The position numbers and the translations under genes were made by a program. The notes beneath the pieces are model-generated. The model searched no databases, was not told the DNA's origin, and saw only the letters and a program-made list of their open reading frames with translations. This document shows, one piece after another, positions 1 to 8,966 of a stretch of 64,000 bases of DNA. This DNA comes from Bacillota bacterium (lineage in GTDB: Bacteria; Bacillota; Clostridia; Lachnospirales; Bianqueaceae), in the NCBI GenBank assembly GCA_017634575.1, contig JAGBND010000075.1, forward strand, positions 6,399 to 70,398, written 5' to 3'. The stretch's first letter is position 1. Every line of letters begins with the position of its first letter.

Positions 1-2210
1 TGGACGGCGATATTCCCTTCGACAAGACCATGAAGCTCATCGAAAGCTATCTGGACAAACAGGTCCGGGTGGAGAATCTGCCTGAAATCCCCTTTACGGA
101 TCAGTCTTCAGAGCCTGACGTGGAGGAAGAGTTTTATGCCGTGGGGCCCGATGAAAATACCGAAACCCAGGCCCATCTGGTGTTCGGACGCATTGTCGGG
201 CGCTATGATGAAAAAACCAGGCTTACCGCAGCGCAGATTCTGCTGGATGTGCTGACCGGCTCCAATGAAGCGCCGCTGACCAAGGCGATTTTGTCCGCAG
301 GGCTTGCCCAGAATGTGGAAGCGGATATTCAGTCGGATGGACTGCAGCCTTTCCTGATTGTCGCGCTGAAAAATACCAGTAAAGATAACTTTGCAAAACT
401 CAGAGAGCTCCTGTTCGGAACCTTGAAGGAGATCGGGAAAAAGGGCCTTAGCAAAGAGGCGATGCGGGCTTCTTTGAATGCGTTTGCTTTTCAGGTGAAG
501 CAGCCCAGAGAGCCCCAGGGGCTGATGCGCAATATCCGCACGCTGAATTCCTGGCTTTATGGCGGTAAGCCGGAAATGTGGCTGAGCTTTACCGATACCA
601 TCGCAGCCATCCGTCAGATGATCGAAGATGGAAGCATGGATCAGCTTTATGCGGAAATCTTTCTCAAGGAGGAAGCCTTCAAGGAGCTTCGGATGCTTCC
701 CTCCGCCACCCTTACGCAACAGCTTCAGCAGGAAGAGGACGAGCGCCTTGCCAAAATTACCGGCGCATGGTCCGAGGCTGATTTTGAAGCATGCCGCAGG
801 ATGAATGAAAAACTTGTCTCCTGGCAGGCAACCCCGGATACAAAAGAGCAGATCGAAACCCTGCCTACCCTGTCCCTTTCGGATGTAAAGGCGGACATTG
901 ACTGGGTTGAAACCAAGGTTTGCGAGGCGGAAGGCGTGAAGCTTTTGTACCATCCGGTTCCAACCAATGGAATTGTTCACCTTCGCCTGTATTTCTCTCT
1001 GGGCGACCAGAGCAAGGATGACTTAATGAAGCTTTCCATCCTGCCGGAGCTTTTGGAGAATTTGCCTACCGAAAACTATCCGGATCCTTTAAAGCTTCAG
1101 GAAACCTTGAAAACCTATCTGGGATCGCTTTCCTTTGACGTGGAGGTTTACGGATCCGACAAGAATCCTGCCCTTTGCAAACCCTGCTTCACCGTGAAGT
1201 GCAGCGTGCTGGAGGAAAATCTGGATAAAGCCTTCGAGCTGATTCCGGAGGTTTTGCTCCGCACATCCTTCAGCGACCAGAATGCAGCGAAGAATATTCT
1301 TTTGCAGCTTAACGAGATCGCCAAGCAGTATCTCATCGGCCGCGGCAACATGTATGCCATGATGCTGGCAGAAGCGCCCTACAGCGCCAAGGCGGCGGTG
1401 GCGGAAGCGACCGGCGGTTACACCAGGGATCTGTGGCTGAAGGGTCTTGTTCAGAACCTGGAGGAATCTCTTGCGCCATATCTTTCCTATCTGGAAGAGA
1501 AAATGAAGGCCATCTTCACGAATCAGCGGCTGATCCTCTCTGAAACAGCTTCCCAGGAGGTGGATGTGAAGGCGCTTCTTCGTTCCTTCCCGGAGGGAAA
1601 TGCGGATGCGATTCCGGAAAATGTCAGCTATACCAGCGATCTGCCGGATCATACGGCTGTTGTGATCCCCGCTCAGGTGGGTTATGCTGCCAGCGCTTAT
1701 CATTTGTCAAAAACCGGCAGAAAGGCGGACGGCTCTTTGGCCGGTGTCAGCAATATTCTGTCCCTGGACTATCTCTGGAACCGTGTCCGCGTCCAGGGCG
1801 GCGCCTATGGAACGGGCTTCAGGGTAGGCAGAGAAGGCCGCATGGTGGTCTATTCTTATCGGGATCCTTCGCCTGCAAAATCCCTTCAGGTTTACAAACA
1901 GATGGCCCAGGCTCTCAAAGAGTTCGCAGACCGCGGCGAGGCCTTTGATAAATACATTATTTCAACCATCGGTGAGATGGATCCGCTTCTGATGCCCGCG
2001 CAGCGCGGCATGATTGCAGATGCCAGGTATCTGAACGGAACGACGAAGGAAGAGATTCTTAACATGCTGGAACAGATGCTTAAAACAAGCAAAGAGGATC
2101 TGCTTTCCTGGACCGATGTGCTGGAAGAGATGGGTGAAAAAGGACGCACGGCTGTGGTGGGCCACGAGGCGGCCATCAAAGAGTGCCCGGATGCCGTCAT
2201 CCTGGGTTGA
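1..2210 (+). CDS. M16-family (insulinase/PreP-like) zinc metallopeptidase, C-terminal ~735 aa; the 5' end lies upstream of the window
   Basis: The frame is open from nt 3 with no stop before the ATG at 30, so the ORF-track start is probably internal. The C-terminal VRVQGGAYGTGF...YSYRDPSP is the typical end of PreP/M16C-associated peptidases. The N-terminal HxxEH zinc motif would lie outside the window. Confidence 0.75.
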   Translation, partial: DGDIPFDKTMKLIESYLDKQVRVENLPEIPFTDQSSEPDVEEEFYAVGPDENTETQAHLVFGRIVGRYDEKTRLTAAQILLDVLTGSNEAPLTKAILSAGLAQNVEADIQSDGLQPFLIVALKNTSKDNFAKLRELLFGTLKEIGKKGLSKEAMRASLNAFAFQVKQPREPQGLMRNIRTLNSWLYGGKPEMWLSFTDTIAAIRQMIEDGSMDQLYAEIFLKEEAFKELRMLPSATLTQQLQQEEDERLAKITGAWSEADFEACRRMNEKLVSWQATPDTKEQIETLPTLSLSDVKADIDWVETKVCEAEGVKLLYHPVPTNGIVHLRLYFSLGDQSKDDLMKLSILPELLENLPTENYPDPLKLQETLKTYLGSLSFDVEVYGSDKNPALCKPCFTVKCSVLEENLDKAFELIPEVLLRTSFSDQNAAKNILLQLNEIAKQYLIGRGNMYAMMLAEAPYSAKAAVAEATGGYTRDLWLKGLVQNLEESLAPYLSYLEEKMKAIFTNQRLILSETASQEVDVKALLRSFPEGNADAIPENVSYTSDLPDHTAVVIPAQVGYAASAYHLSKTGRKADGSLAGVSNILSLDYLWNRVRVQGGAYGTGFRVGREGRMVVYSYRDPSPAKSLQVYKQMAQALKEFADRGEAFDKYIISTIGEMDPLLMPAQRGMIADARYLNGTTKEEILNMLEQMLKTSKEDLLSWTDVLEEMGEKGRTAVVGHEAAIKECPDAVILG

Positions 2211-2249
2211 TGCCGCTTAGACAAAATTTTCGTCCAAATAATCAGATTT

Positions 2250-2279
2250 TTGAAGATAATCTGCTTTCTGTGCTATATT
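2250..2279 (+). promoter_or_regulatory. putative sigma-A-type promoter of the CaCA exchanger gene
   Basis: TTGAAG (2250-2255), 18 nt spacer, TATATT (2274-2279), preceded by TGc (extended -10). It lies about 85 nt upstream of the ATG at 2363. Confidence 0.4.
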
Positions 2280-2362
2280 CATTCTTTCTTTGCCTGAACG
2301 ATTCACGCTTCATGTCGGGCACAGATCCGCACAGAGATGCGCTATGAGGGGGTATAATTTCT

Positions 2363-3334
2363 ATGTTAGTTCCGATTCTTTTGTTTTTGCTTGGCTTTGT
2401 GATGCTGATTAAAGGCGGCGATTGGTTTGTGGACGGCGCGGTTGGCATTGCCCATCGGTTTCATCTTCCAGAGCTTCTGATCGGCGCAACGGTGGTGTCG
2501 ATTGGCACAACCCTGCCGGAGGTCATGGTTTCCGCCCAGGCGGCGATGCAGGGAAATTCGGGCATTTCCTACGGCAATGCCATCGGATCCATTATCTGCA
2601 ACACCAGCTTGATCGCAGCCCTTACCATGGCGATCAAACCCGGCAAGGTAAACACAAAAACCTTCATGCTCCCTTCCATCTTCTTTGGCGTTGCTGCCGT
2701 TTTGTACAGCCTGATCGCCTATACCAGCGGCACCTTTGCCCGCTGGCAGGGAATCGGGTTTCTGGTGTTCTTCGTGATCTATATGGTCACCAGCGTGCTT
2801 CACATGAAGAAAAATCCGGAAGCTGCGGAAGATACGGAAGAAGACGATGAAGAAAAGGAAAGACCACTCTGGATGGAGCTTGTGCTTTTGGTAATCGGCG
2901 CGGCGGTTATTGCGGTAGGCGCCAATCTGCTGGTTAACAATGGCACCAAAATCGCCCAGGCCCTTGGCGTTCCGGACAGCGTTATCGGCCTTACCATGGT
3001 GGCGCTGGGAACGTCTTTGCCGGAGCTGGTGACGGCCATTACTTCCCTTGTAAAGGGGCACGGCGCCCTGTCGCTGGGCAATATTATAGGAGCCAACCTG
3101 TTCAATATTGTTCTGGTGTCCGGTATGGCCATTTCCATTCGGCCCTTTGCCCTTCCGGCGGAGAAGATGCTGGCAGGACATAACGCCTCCCTGCTGGTGG
3201 ATATGCCTGTCATGTGGCTGGTCATGCTGATCATGTGCGTTCCTTCGCTTGTGAAAGGCGAGATCAAGCGCTGGCAGGGCATTGCGCTGCTTCTGATTTA
3301 CGTCGCTTTTACGGCCTTTCAGTTCATCGGCTAA
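2363..3334 (+). CDS. CaCA-family Na+/Ca2+ (cation/Ca2+) exchanger, YrbG-like
   Basis: 323-aa polytopic membrane protein with two alpha-repeat signatures (SIGTTLPEVMVS and LGTSLPELVTA) separated by an acidic loop (EDTEEDDEEKE). A purine-rich RBS (GAGGGGG) lies upstream. Confidence 0.85.
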   Translation: MLVPILLFLLGFVMLIKGGDWFVDGAVGIAHRFHLPELLIGATVVSIGTTLPEVMVSAQAAMQGNSGISYGNAIGSIICNTSLIAALTMAIKPGKVNTKTFMLPSIFFGVAAVLYSLIAYTSGTFARWQGIGFLVFFVIYMVTSVLHMKKNPEAAEDTEEDDEEKERPLWMELVLLVIGAAVIAVGANLLVNNGTKIAQALGVPDSVIGLTMVALGTSLPELVTAITSLVKGHGALSLGNIIGANLFNIVLVSGMAISIRPFALPAEKMLAGHNASLLVDMPVMWLVMLIMCVPSLVKGEIKRWQGIALLLIYVAFTAFQFIG

Positions 3335-3389
3335 GGTGCGGCAGATGTGACTGTGACGGCGATGGCAGAACCATCAATAAACCATACGG

Positions 3390-3418
3390 AAAAACCGGCC
3401 TCTGCGGCCGGTTTTTTT
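3390..3418 (+). terminator. intrinsic terminator after the exchanger gene
   Basis: aaaaaccggcc-tctgc-ggccggttttttt: a GC-rich stem followed by a T7 run. Confidence 0.75.
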
Positions 3419-3484
3419 CGTTGCGAAGCGATGGGCAGGTCTGTGCCCCGGCCGCTTGAGCGGTGTTTCTTTCAAAGAAAAAGA

Positions 3485-3513
3485 TTGAAATATTGATCGT
3501 TCAATGATACACT
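3485..3513 (+). promoter_or_regulatory. putative promoter of the HD/nitrilase fusion gene, with an inverted repeat in the spacer
   Basis: TTGAAA (3485-3490), 17 nt spacer, TACACT (3508-3513), preceded by TGa. The spacer contains ATTGA-tcgt-TCAAT (3492-3505). Confidence 0.35.
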
Positions 3514-3613
3514 TGGAATAATACACAGAGATATTGCAGACTGATTTATATAAACCGATAGAACGTGGAAAAACGCCTTTTTTTGAATAACCGTGCAGGG
3601 CATAGGGGATGTA

Positions 3614-5194
3614 ATGGGTATATTTGATACTTTTGTAAAGGATGAATCCATCCGGAAAATTTATGATACCATTGAAGAAAGAGAGAAAAACAGCAGAAGA
3701 GACGCTGTTTTTCACGGGTGGACGCATATTTCTCATGTCATCGAAAGAGCAGCTTTCTTCATGCGGATGGCAGGCGGCAGCGAAGAGGCTGTCGAACAGG
3801 TCAAGATCGCTGCGCTTTTCCACGATGTGGGAAAGCTGCAGGGAAAGAAAGATCATGCCCTGAAAAGCTATGAATTTGCCAAGGAATATTTTAAACCCTA
3901 CAAAAAGGAGCTGCCGGGGAAAAAGGAAATCCTTCGGGCGATACGCCTGCACAGCGACGGTTTCGATGCCTCGGATCTTTTGACCCTGAGTCTGATTCTG
4001 GCGGACAAGCTGGACCAGGGGGAAGCCCGCCTGACGGAGGTGGGAAAAATTGCCCCCGGCATCCGTCAGATGCAGCATATACAGGAGATACGCTTTACCA
4101 GCGAAGACTCCGGCTTTAATGAAGGCTGCTTCGTCGTCGATCTGATTACGGACGGGCAGATGGATGTAACAGAGCTGGGACAGTGGAAGTTTACCCGGAA
4201 AATCTTCAAGGCCGTCAGAGCCTACGGCCGCGGTCTGCATCGGTGTCCTCGGATTATGGTGGACGGCGCGGAGTGGGATCTGCACCGGACGCTGATCAAG
4301 CTGGCCTTTTTGCAGATTCTGCCGGAAAAGCTTTCCGAAAATCCGCAGCAGGATCAGGCTTTCTTCGCGGCGCAGCTGAGAAAAAGCGAGCTGGCCGTTC
4401 AAAAAGCCAAGGAGCTTAAAGCGGATATATGCCTGTTCCCCGAAATGTGGAGCATCGGATATCAGATTCCCAAAGATCCAAAGCGGCTGCAGTCTCTGGC
4501 GATGAAGGCCGACAGCGAATGGATGCGGGCTTTCGGCCAGATGGCCGAAAAATACGAGATCGCCATTGCCGTAAGCTTTTTGCAGATGACGCCTGAGGGA
4601 CCGAAAAACAGCGTGATTTTGTACGACCGCTATGGCAGACCCAAATATGACTATTCCAAAGTGCATACCTGCGATTTTTCCGACGAGGCATCCCTGGCAA
4701 GGGGCGATAGCTTCCCTGTGGTGAAGCTGGACACGGAAAAGGGATCCGTCAACGTAGGCAGCATGATCTGCTTCGACCGGGAATTTCCCGAGAGCGCCCG
4801 AATTCTGATGCTCAAGGGCGCCGAGCTGGTGCTGGTTCCGAACGCCTGCCCCATGGAAATTAACCGCTTAAGCGGTCTTAGAACCCGCGCCAATGAAAAC
4901 ATGATGGCCATCGCCACCTGCAACTATCCGGAAGGAAAGCCTGACTGCAACGGCCACTCAACCCTTTTTGACGGGGTTATGTACACCCCCGAATCGACCG
5001 GCTCTCTGGATACGCTTCAAATGGAAACGGGAGGCGCGGAAGGCATCTACGCCGTTTCCCTCGACCTGGACAAGCTGAGGGATTACCGGGCATATGAGGT
5101 GCATGGAAACGCTTACAGACGGCCTTCCCTTTATTCACTGCTGCTGAGAGAGGAGATCCGAGAACCCTTTATCAGAAAGGACAGACGGGAATAA
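3614..5194 (+). CDS. fusion protein: N-terminal HD-domain phosphohydrolase (YpgQ/YedJ-like), ~110-aa linker domain, C-terminal carbon-nitrogen hydrolase (nitrilase superfamily)
   Basis: HD signatures are HGWTHISHV, LFHDVGK and RLHSDG...LADKLD. The C-N hydrolase E-K-C triad context is CLFPEMW, YDYSKVH and GSMICFDREFPE. One uninterrupted frame. The ATG at 3614 has an AGGGGA RBS about 6 nt upstream; the ORF-track GTG at 3593 is an alternative start. Confidence 0.75.
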   Translation: MGIFDTFVKDESIRKIYDTIEEREKNSRRDAVFHGWTHISHVIERAAFFMRMAGGSEEAVEQVKIAALFHDVGKLQGKKDHALKSYEFAKEYFKPYKKELPGKKEILRAIRLHSDGFDASDLLTLSLILADKLDQGEARLTEVGKIAPGIRQMQHIQEIRFTSEDSGFNEGCFVVDLITDGQMDVTELGQWKFTRKIFKAVRAYGRGLHRCPRIMVDGAEWDLHRTLIKLAFLQILPEKLSENPQQDQAFFAAQLRKSELAVQKAKELKADICLFPEMWSIGYQIPKDPKRLQSLAMKADSEWMRAFGQMAEKYEIAIAVSFLQMTPEGPKNSVILYDRYGRPKYDYSKVHTCDFSDEASLARGDSFPVVKLDTEKGSVNVGSMICFDREFPESARILMLKGAELVLVPNACPMEINRLSGLRTRANENMMAIATCNYPEGKPDCNGHSTLFDGVMYTPESTGSLDTLQMETGGAEGIYAVSLDLDKLRDYRAYEVHGNAYRRPSLYSLLLREEIREPFIRKDRRE

Positions 5195-5306
5195 GCCCGA
5201 AAGAGGGCAGGCCTATGCCTAGATAAGCTCCGGCCGGAATGAAAGGCGAACAGAAGACCTGCGTGATGAAGTAATTGTTATTAATTTCAGAAAGGATATT
5301 TTAGGT

Positions 5307-7097
5307 ATGGAAATCACAAACAGCATCCGCTATGTCGGCGTGAACGATCATCAGATTGATCTTTTTGAGGGACAGTACAAGGTGCCTCATGGCATGGCTT
5401 ACAACTCTTATCTGATTCTGGACGAGAAGGTCGCTATCATGGACAGCGTGGACCAGCATTTCGGTCATGAGTGGCTGGATCAGATTCAGAAAATCCTCGG
5501 CGATAAGGCGCCGGACTATCTGGTCGTCCAGCATATGGAACCGGATCATTCCGCCAATATCGCCAACTTTATGAATGTTTATCCCACAGCCACCATCGTC
5601 TCTTCGGCCAAGGCTTTCGCCATGATCCAGAACTTCTTCGGCACCGGCTATGAGGATCGCCGTATTGTGGTGAAGGAAGGGGACACCCTCAGCCTCGGCA
5701 GCCACGTGCTGAACTTTGTCGCAGCCCCCATGGTGCATTGGCCGGAGGTTATGATGACCTACGAAAGCACCGAGAAAGTGCTGTTTTCCGCAGACGGATT
5801 CGGCAAATTCGGCGCCAACGATGTTTCTGAGCCCTGGATCGATGAAGCCAGGCGCTACTATATCGGAATCGTTGGAAAATATGGAACCCAGGTGCTCAAC
5901 GTCCTGAAAAAGGCCGCCGGCCTGGATATTGAAAAGATCTGCCCGCTTCATGGACCGGTGCTTAGTGAAAACCTGGGCTACTATATCGGCCTGTATAAAA
6001 CCTGGGCCAGCTATACGCCGGAGGAGGACGGCATCTTTATTGCCTATACATCCGTTTACGGACATACCAGAAAAGCAGTGGAGACCCTGGCTTCCAAACT
6101 GGAAGCTGCCGGCTGCCCCAAGGTAGTGGTGAACGATCTGGCCAGATGCGATATGGCTGAGGCTGTGGCCAATGCGTTCCGTTATCCCAAGATGGTGCTG
6201 GCGACCACCACCTACAACGCCGATATTTATCCCTTCATGCGCGATTTTATCAGCCGCATCACCGAGCACGGCTATCAGGGCCGCACCGTCGCGCTGATTG
6301 AAAACGGTTCCTGGGCGCCCCAGGCGGCCAAGGTGATGACCGGCATGTTTGAGAAGAGCAAGAACGTGCAGATTCTGGAGCAGGTGGTGCATATCAAATC
6401 CGCCCTTTCGGAGGAATCCAAAGAACAGCTGGACCAGCTCTCGGACGTGCTGTGCGCCGAATATATCGCCAAGGATCCCAAAGCCGCCAATAAAAACGAC
6501 CTGAAGGCCCTTTTCAAGATCGGCTACGGGCTGTATGTGATTACCTCCAATGACGGCAGCCGGGACAACGGCATGATCGGCAATACGGTAACCCAGCTGA
6601 CGGACAATCCCAACCGGGTTGCGGTAGCCATCAACAAGAAAAACTATTCCTATCATGTTATCAAACAGACCGGCATCATGAATGTGAATTGCCTGTCCAA
6701 GGATGCGCCCTTCAGCATTTTCGAGCGCTTTGGATTCCAGAGCGGACGCTCCGTAAATAAATTCGAAGGGACAGAGCTGATGCGCTCCGACAACGGCCTG
6801 GCCTTCCTGCCCCGGTATATCAATGCCTTTATGTCTTTGAAGGTGGAGCAATATGTGGATTTTGAATCCCACGGACTTTTCATTTGCTCCATTACCGAAG
6901 CCAGGGTTATTTCTGATGCGGAAACCATGACCTATACCTATTATCAGTCAGACGTAAAGCCGAAGCCCCAGACAGAGGGCAAGAAGGGTTGGGTCTGCAA
7001 GGTCTGCGGATATATCTATGAAGGAGATCCCCTTCCCGAGGACTTTGTCTGCCCGCTTTGCAAGCACGGGGCGGCGGATTTTGAACCCATCGGCTGA
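5307..7097 (+). CDS. multidomain flavodiiron protein: diiron metallo-beta-lactamase fold, flavodoxin-like domain, flavin-reductase-like domain, C-terminal rubredoxin
   Basis: Diiron motif HxExDH in VVQHMEPDHSAN. A flavodoxin-like middle region, then a split-barrel flavin-reductase-like region (GLYVITSNDGSRDNGM). The C-terminus WVCKVCGYIYEGDPLPEDFVCPLCKHG has the two CxxC pairs of rubredoxin. Confidence 0.88.
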   Translation: MEITNSIRYVGVNDHQIDLFEGQYKVPHGMAYNSYLILDEKVAIMDSVDQHFGHEWLDQIQKILGDKAPDYLVVQHMEPDHSANIANFMNVYPTATIVSSAKAFAMIQNFFGTGYEDRRIVVKEGDTLSLGSHVLNFVAAPMVHWPEVMMTYESTEKVLFSADGFGKFGANDVSEPWIDEARRYYIGIVGKYGTQVLNVLKKAAGLDIEKICPLHGPVLSENLGYYIGLYKTWASYTPEEDGIFIAYTSVYGHTRKAVETLASKLEAAGCPKVVVNDLARCDMAEAVANAFRYPKMVLATTTYNADIYPFMRDFISRITEHGYQGRTVALIENGSWAPQAAKVMTGMFEKSKNVQILEQVVHIKSALSEESKEQLDQLSDVLCAEYIAKDPKAANKNDLKALFKIGYGLYVITSNDGSRDNGMIGNTVTQLTDNPNRVAVAINKKNYSYHVIKQTGIMNVNCLSKDAPFSIFERFGFQSGRSVNKFEGTELMRSDNGLAFLPRYINAFMSLKVEQYVDFESHGLFICSITEARVISDAETMTYTYYQSDVKPKPQTEGKKGWVCKVCGYIYEGDPLPEDFVCPLCKHGAADFEPIG

Positions 7098-7188
7098 CGG
7101 ATTGATGGGAAAAAAGCTGCAGCGCAAGACCGGGCGTCTGCGCAAGGAAGCACATAGATCGGATCACGTATAACGGAGGAATTTTTCA

Positions 7189-8799
7189 ATGGCCAGAGAA
7201 TTCTACTGCTCAAACGAGACAACCGTTGTTCAGACAGCGGAAGGAAAGCTGAAGGGCTACTATCTGGATGGCATTTTTGCTTTTCAGGGAATTGAATATG
7301 CCTACGCGGACCGCTGGCAGATGCCGGTGCCGCCAAAAAGCTGGGAAGGCATCAAGGATGCCACGAACTATGGATATATCTGTCCCACCATGGGCGAACC
7401 CGCCCCTTCCGGAGAGATCCTGATTCCTCACCGGTTCTGGCCGTCCAACGAGCATTGCCAGAACCTGAACCTGTGGACTCCCACTCTGGATCCGCAGGCG
7501 AAGAAACCGGTGCTGGTCTGGCTCCACGGAGGCGGCTATGCCAATGGCTCCTCCATCGAGCAGGTCTCTTATGAAGGCGATGCCCTGGCTGAATACGGCG
7601 ACGTGGTGGTTATTACCGTGAATCACCGGCTGAATATTCTTGGTTTCCTGGATATGTCATCCTTTGGCGAAAAGTATGCCAATTCCGTCAATGCCGGCAT
7701 GGCCGATTTGGTTGAATGCCTGCGCTGGGTGAAACGCAATGTGGGCGCCTTTGGCGGCGATCCCGACAATGTAACCATTTTCGGACAATCCGGCGGCGGC
7801 GGAAAAGTGGAAACCCTGATGCAGATTCCCGAAGCAGACGGCCTGTTCCAGAAAGGCATTATCATGAGCGGCCTCTTCAGAGGGCTCTTTACGCCGCCTG
7901 AGAAAATCGGGGAGCAGCACCGGAAGCTGGTCCTGGCGATCCTGAAGGAGCTTTCGATTCCGGAGGAGGAGGTCTCCCGCCTGGAGACGGTGCCTTACGA
8001 TGTGCTGGAGCGGGCCTACAATAAAGCCCAGTACAAGCTGATCAAGGAAGAGGATATCTACATCAGCTGGAATCCGGTGCCGAATGAGTTCTATGTGGGC
8101 GACCCCATGATCGTCGGCTTTACGGAGCATGCCAAAACCGTCCCGGTAATTGCCGGCACCGTTTTTGGGGAATTCACCTGCTTCGGCCCCATGCCGGATG
8201 AAGAAATGCCGGAAGAGGCGAAAATGGCCATGCTTCAGAAAATGTTCGGAGAAGAGACAGATGAGCTGATCCGGCTGTTCAAAAAAGCTTACCCGGATAA
8301 AGATATCACCCGCCTGGCCCTGGTGGACGCCGGAGCCAGAGGCGCCACCAATGACTTTATTGAAGCGAAAGCCCGCGTCTCTTCCGTGAAGGATTACCTC
8401 TATACCTTTGTGGTCGATTTCGATGTCAACGGCCGCCGTCCGGCCTGGCACTGCGCGGACATTTCCTTTGTTTTCTACAATACCCACCGTGTACCCTCTG
8501 CCAATATCGAAGAGGTAACGGATCTTCTGGAGGACGAGGTGGCAGGCGCGGTAACCTCCTTTGCCCGCAGCTCGGATCCCAATCATCCGGGGATGCGCAA
8601 GTGGGAAGCCTACAGCGATGAGAATCCCTGCACCATGGTCTTTGATGAAGAGACGGCCTGCCGAAAAGATTATGACCGCGAACTGATCAGACGGATCGAG
8701 GAAATCCAGCGAAAAGCCGGTTTTCAGATGATCAGCTCCTTTAAACAGGGCTTTGTGAAACGGATGGAATCCGGCGAGGGCGGGGACTGGATTTATTAA
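7189..8799 (+). CDS. type-B carboxylesterase (para-nitrobenzyl esterase-like alpha/beta hydrolase)
   Basis: Oxyanion-hole HGGGY (VWLHGGGYANGS) and nucleophile elbow GQSGGG (IFGQSGGGG). The ~536-aa length is typical of the COesterase family. Confidence 0.85.
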   Translation: MAREFYCSNETTVVQTAEGKLKGYYLDGIFAFQGIEYAYADRWQMPVPPKSWEGIKDATNYGYICPTMGEPAPSGEILIPHRFWPSNEHCQNLNLWTPTLDPQAKKPVLVWLHGGGYANGSSIEQVSYEGDALAEYGDVVVITVNHRLNILGFLDMSSFGEKYANSVNAGMADLVECLRWVKRNVGAFGGDPDNVTIFGQSGGGGKVETLMQIPEADGLFQKGIIMSGLFRGLFTPPEKIGEQHRKLVLAILKELSIPEEEVSRLETVPYDVLERAYNKAQYKLIKEEDIYISWNPVPNEFYVGDPMIVGFTEHAKTVPVIAGTVFGEFTCFGPMPDEEMPEEAKMAMLQKMFGEETDELIRLFKKAYPDKDITRLALVDAGARGATNDFIEAKARVSSVKDYLYTFVVDFDVNGRRPAWHCADISFVFYNTHRVPSANIEEVTDLLEDEVAGAVTSFARSSDPNHPGMRKWEAYSDENPCTMVFDEETACRKDYDRELIRRIEEIQRKAGFQMISSFKQGFVKRMESGEGGDWIY

Positions 8800-8816
8800 T
8801 GTTTTTTCTGGAGAAA

Positions 8817-8853
8817 AGACCGGATGCAAATCTTCCGGTCTTTCTTTTTTTTG
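8817..8853 (+). terminator. intrinsic terminator after the carboxylesterase gene
   Basis: agaccgga-tgcaaatct-tccggtct followed by ttctttttttt. Confidence 0.75.
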
Positions 8854-8882
8854 TTGAAAACTGCACGAATGCCTGCTATAAT
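8854..8882 (+). promoter_or_regulatory. near-consensus sigma-A promoter of the hydrogenase operon
   Basis: TTGAAA (8854-8859), 17 nt spacer, TATAAT (8877-8882), with TGc directly upstream of the -10. It lies about 85 nt upstream of hydC. Confidence 0.6.
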
Positions 8883-8966
8883 ATATCCGATATAGTGTCT
8901 GTGGGTAAGACATGCGCGTGTTTCCCTGCAGGTTATGTAAATAGTTGTTTAGGAGGATCTAAGCTT

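Noticed and set aside
3614-5194. Possibility that the HD-nitrilase fusion is two genes joined by a sequencing frameshift.
   Set aside because: I have not fully rejected this. There is no stop and no obvious homopolymer at the junction, and a ~110-aa linker domain bridges the two halves. I therefore keep it as a finding and flag read-level verification as the decisive test.
5255-5306. PerR/Fur-like box upstream of the flavodiiron gene (AATTGTTATTAATT).
   Set aside because: Only the outer AATT...AATT is palindromic and the inner positions do not match the 7-1-7 Fur-family consensus. It is too weak to report.
8799-8966. ORF-track N-terminal extension of the NuoE-like gene (start at 8799). Similar upstream extensions were noted at 9430, 9716, 20413, 27416, 36070, 46465, 52732 and 58381.
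   Set aside because: The extensions run through terminators or promoters, or overlap the preceding gene. They lack RBSs and add non-homologous residues. Internal starts with good Shine-Dalgarno sequences reproduce the canonical N-termini.
8854-8966. Rex (redox repressor) operator upstream of the hydrogenase operon; TTGTTGAAAACTGCACGAA resembles half a Rex box.
   Set aside because: The right half does not form the required TTCACAA/TTAACAA palindrome, and only one half-site-like string is present. I cannot support a Rex site by eye. A position-weight-matrix scan would be needed.
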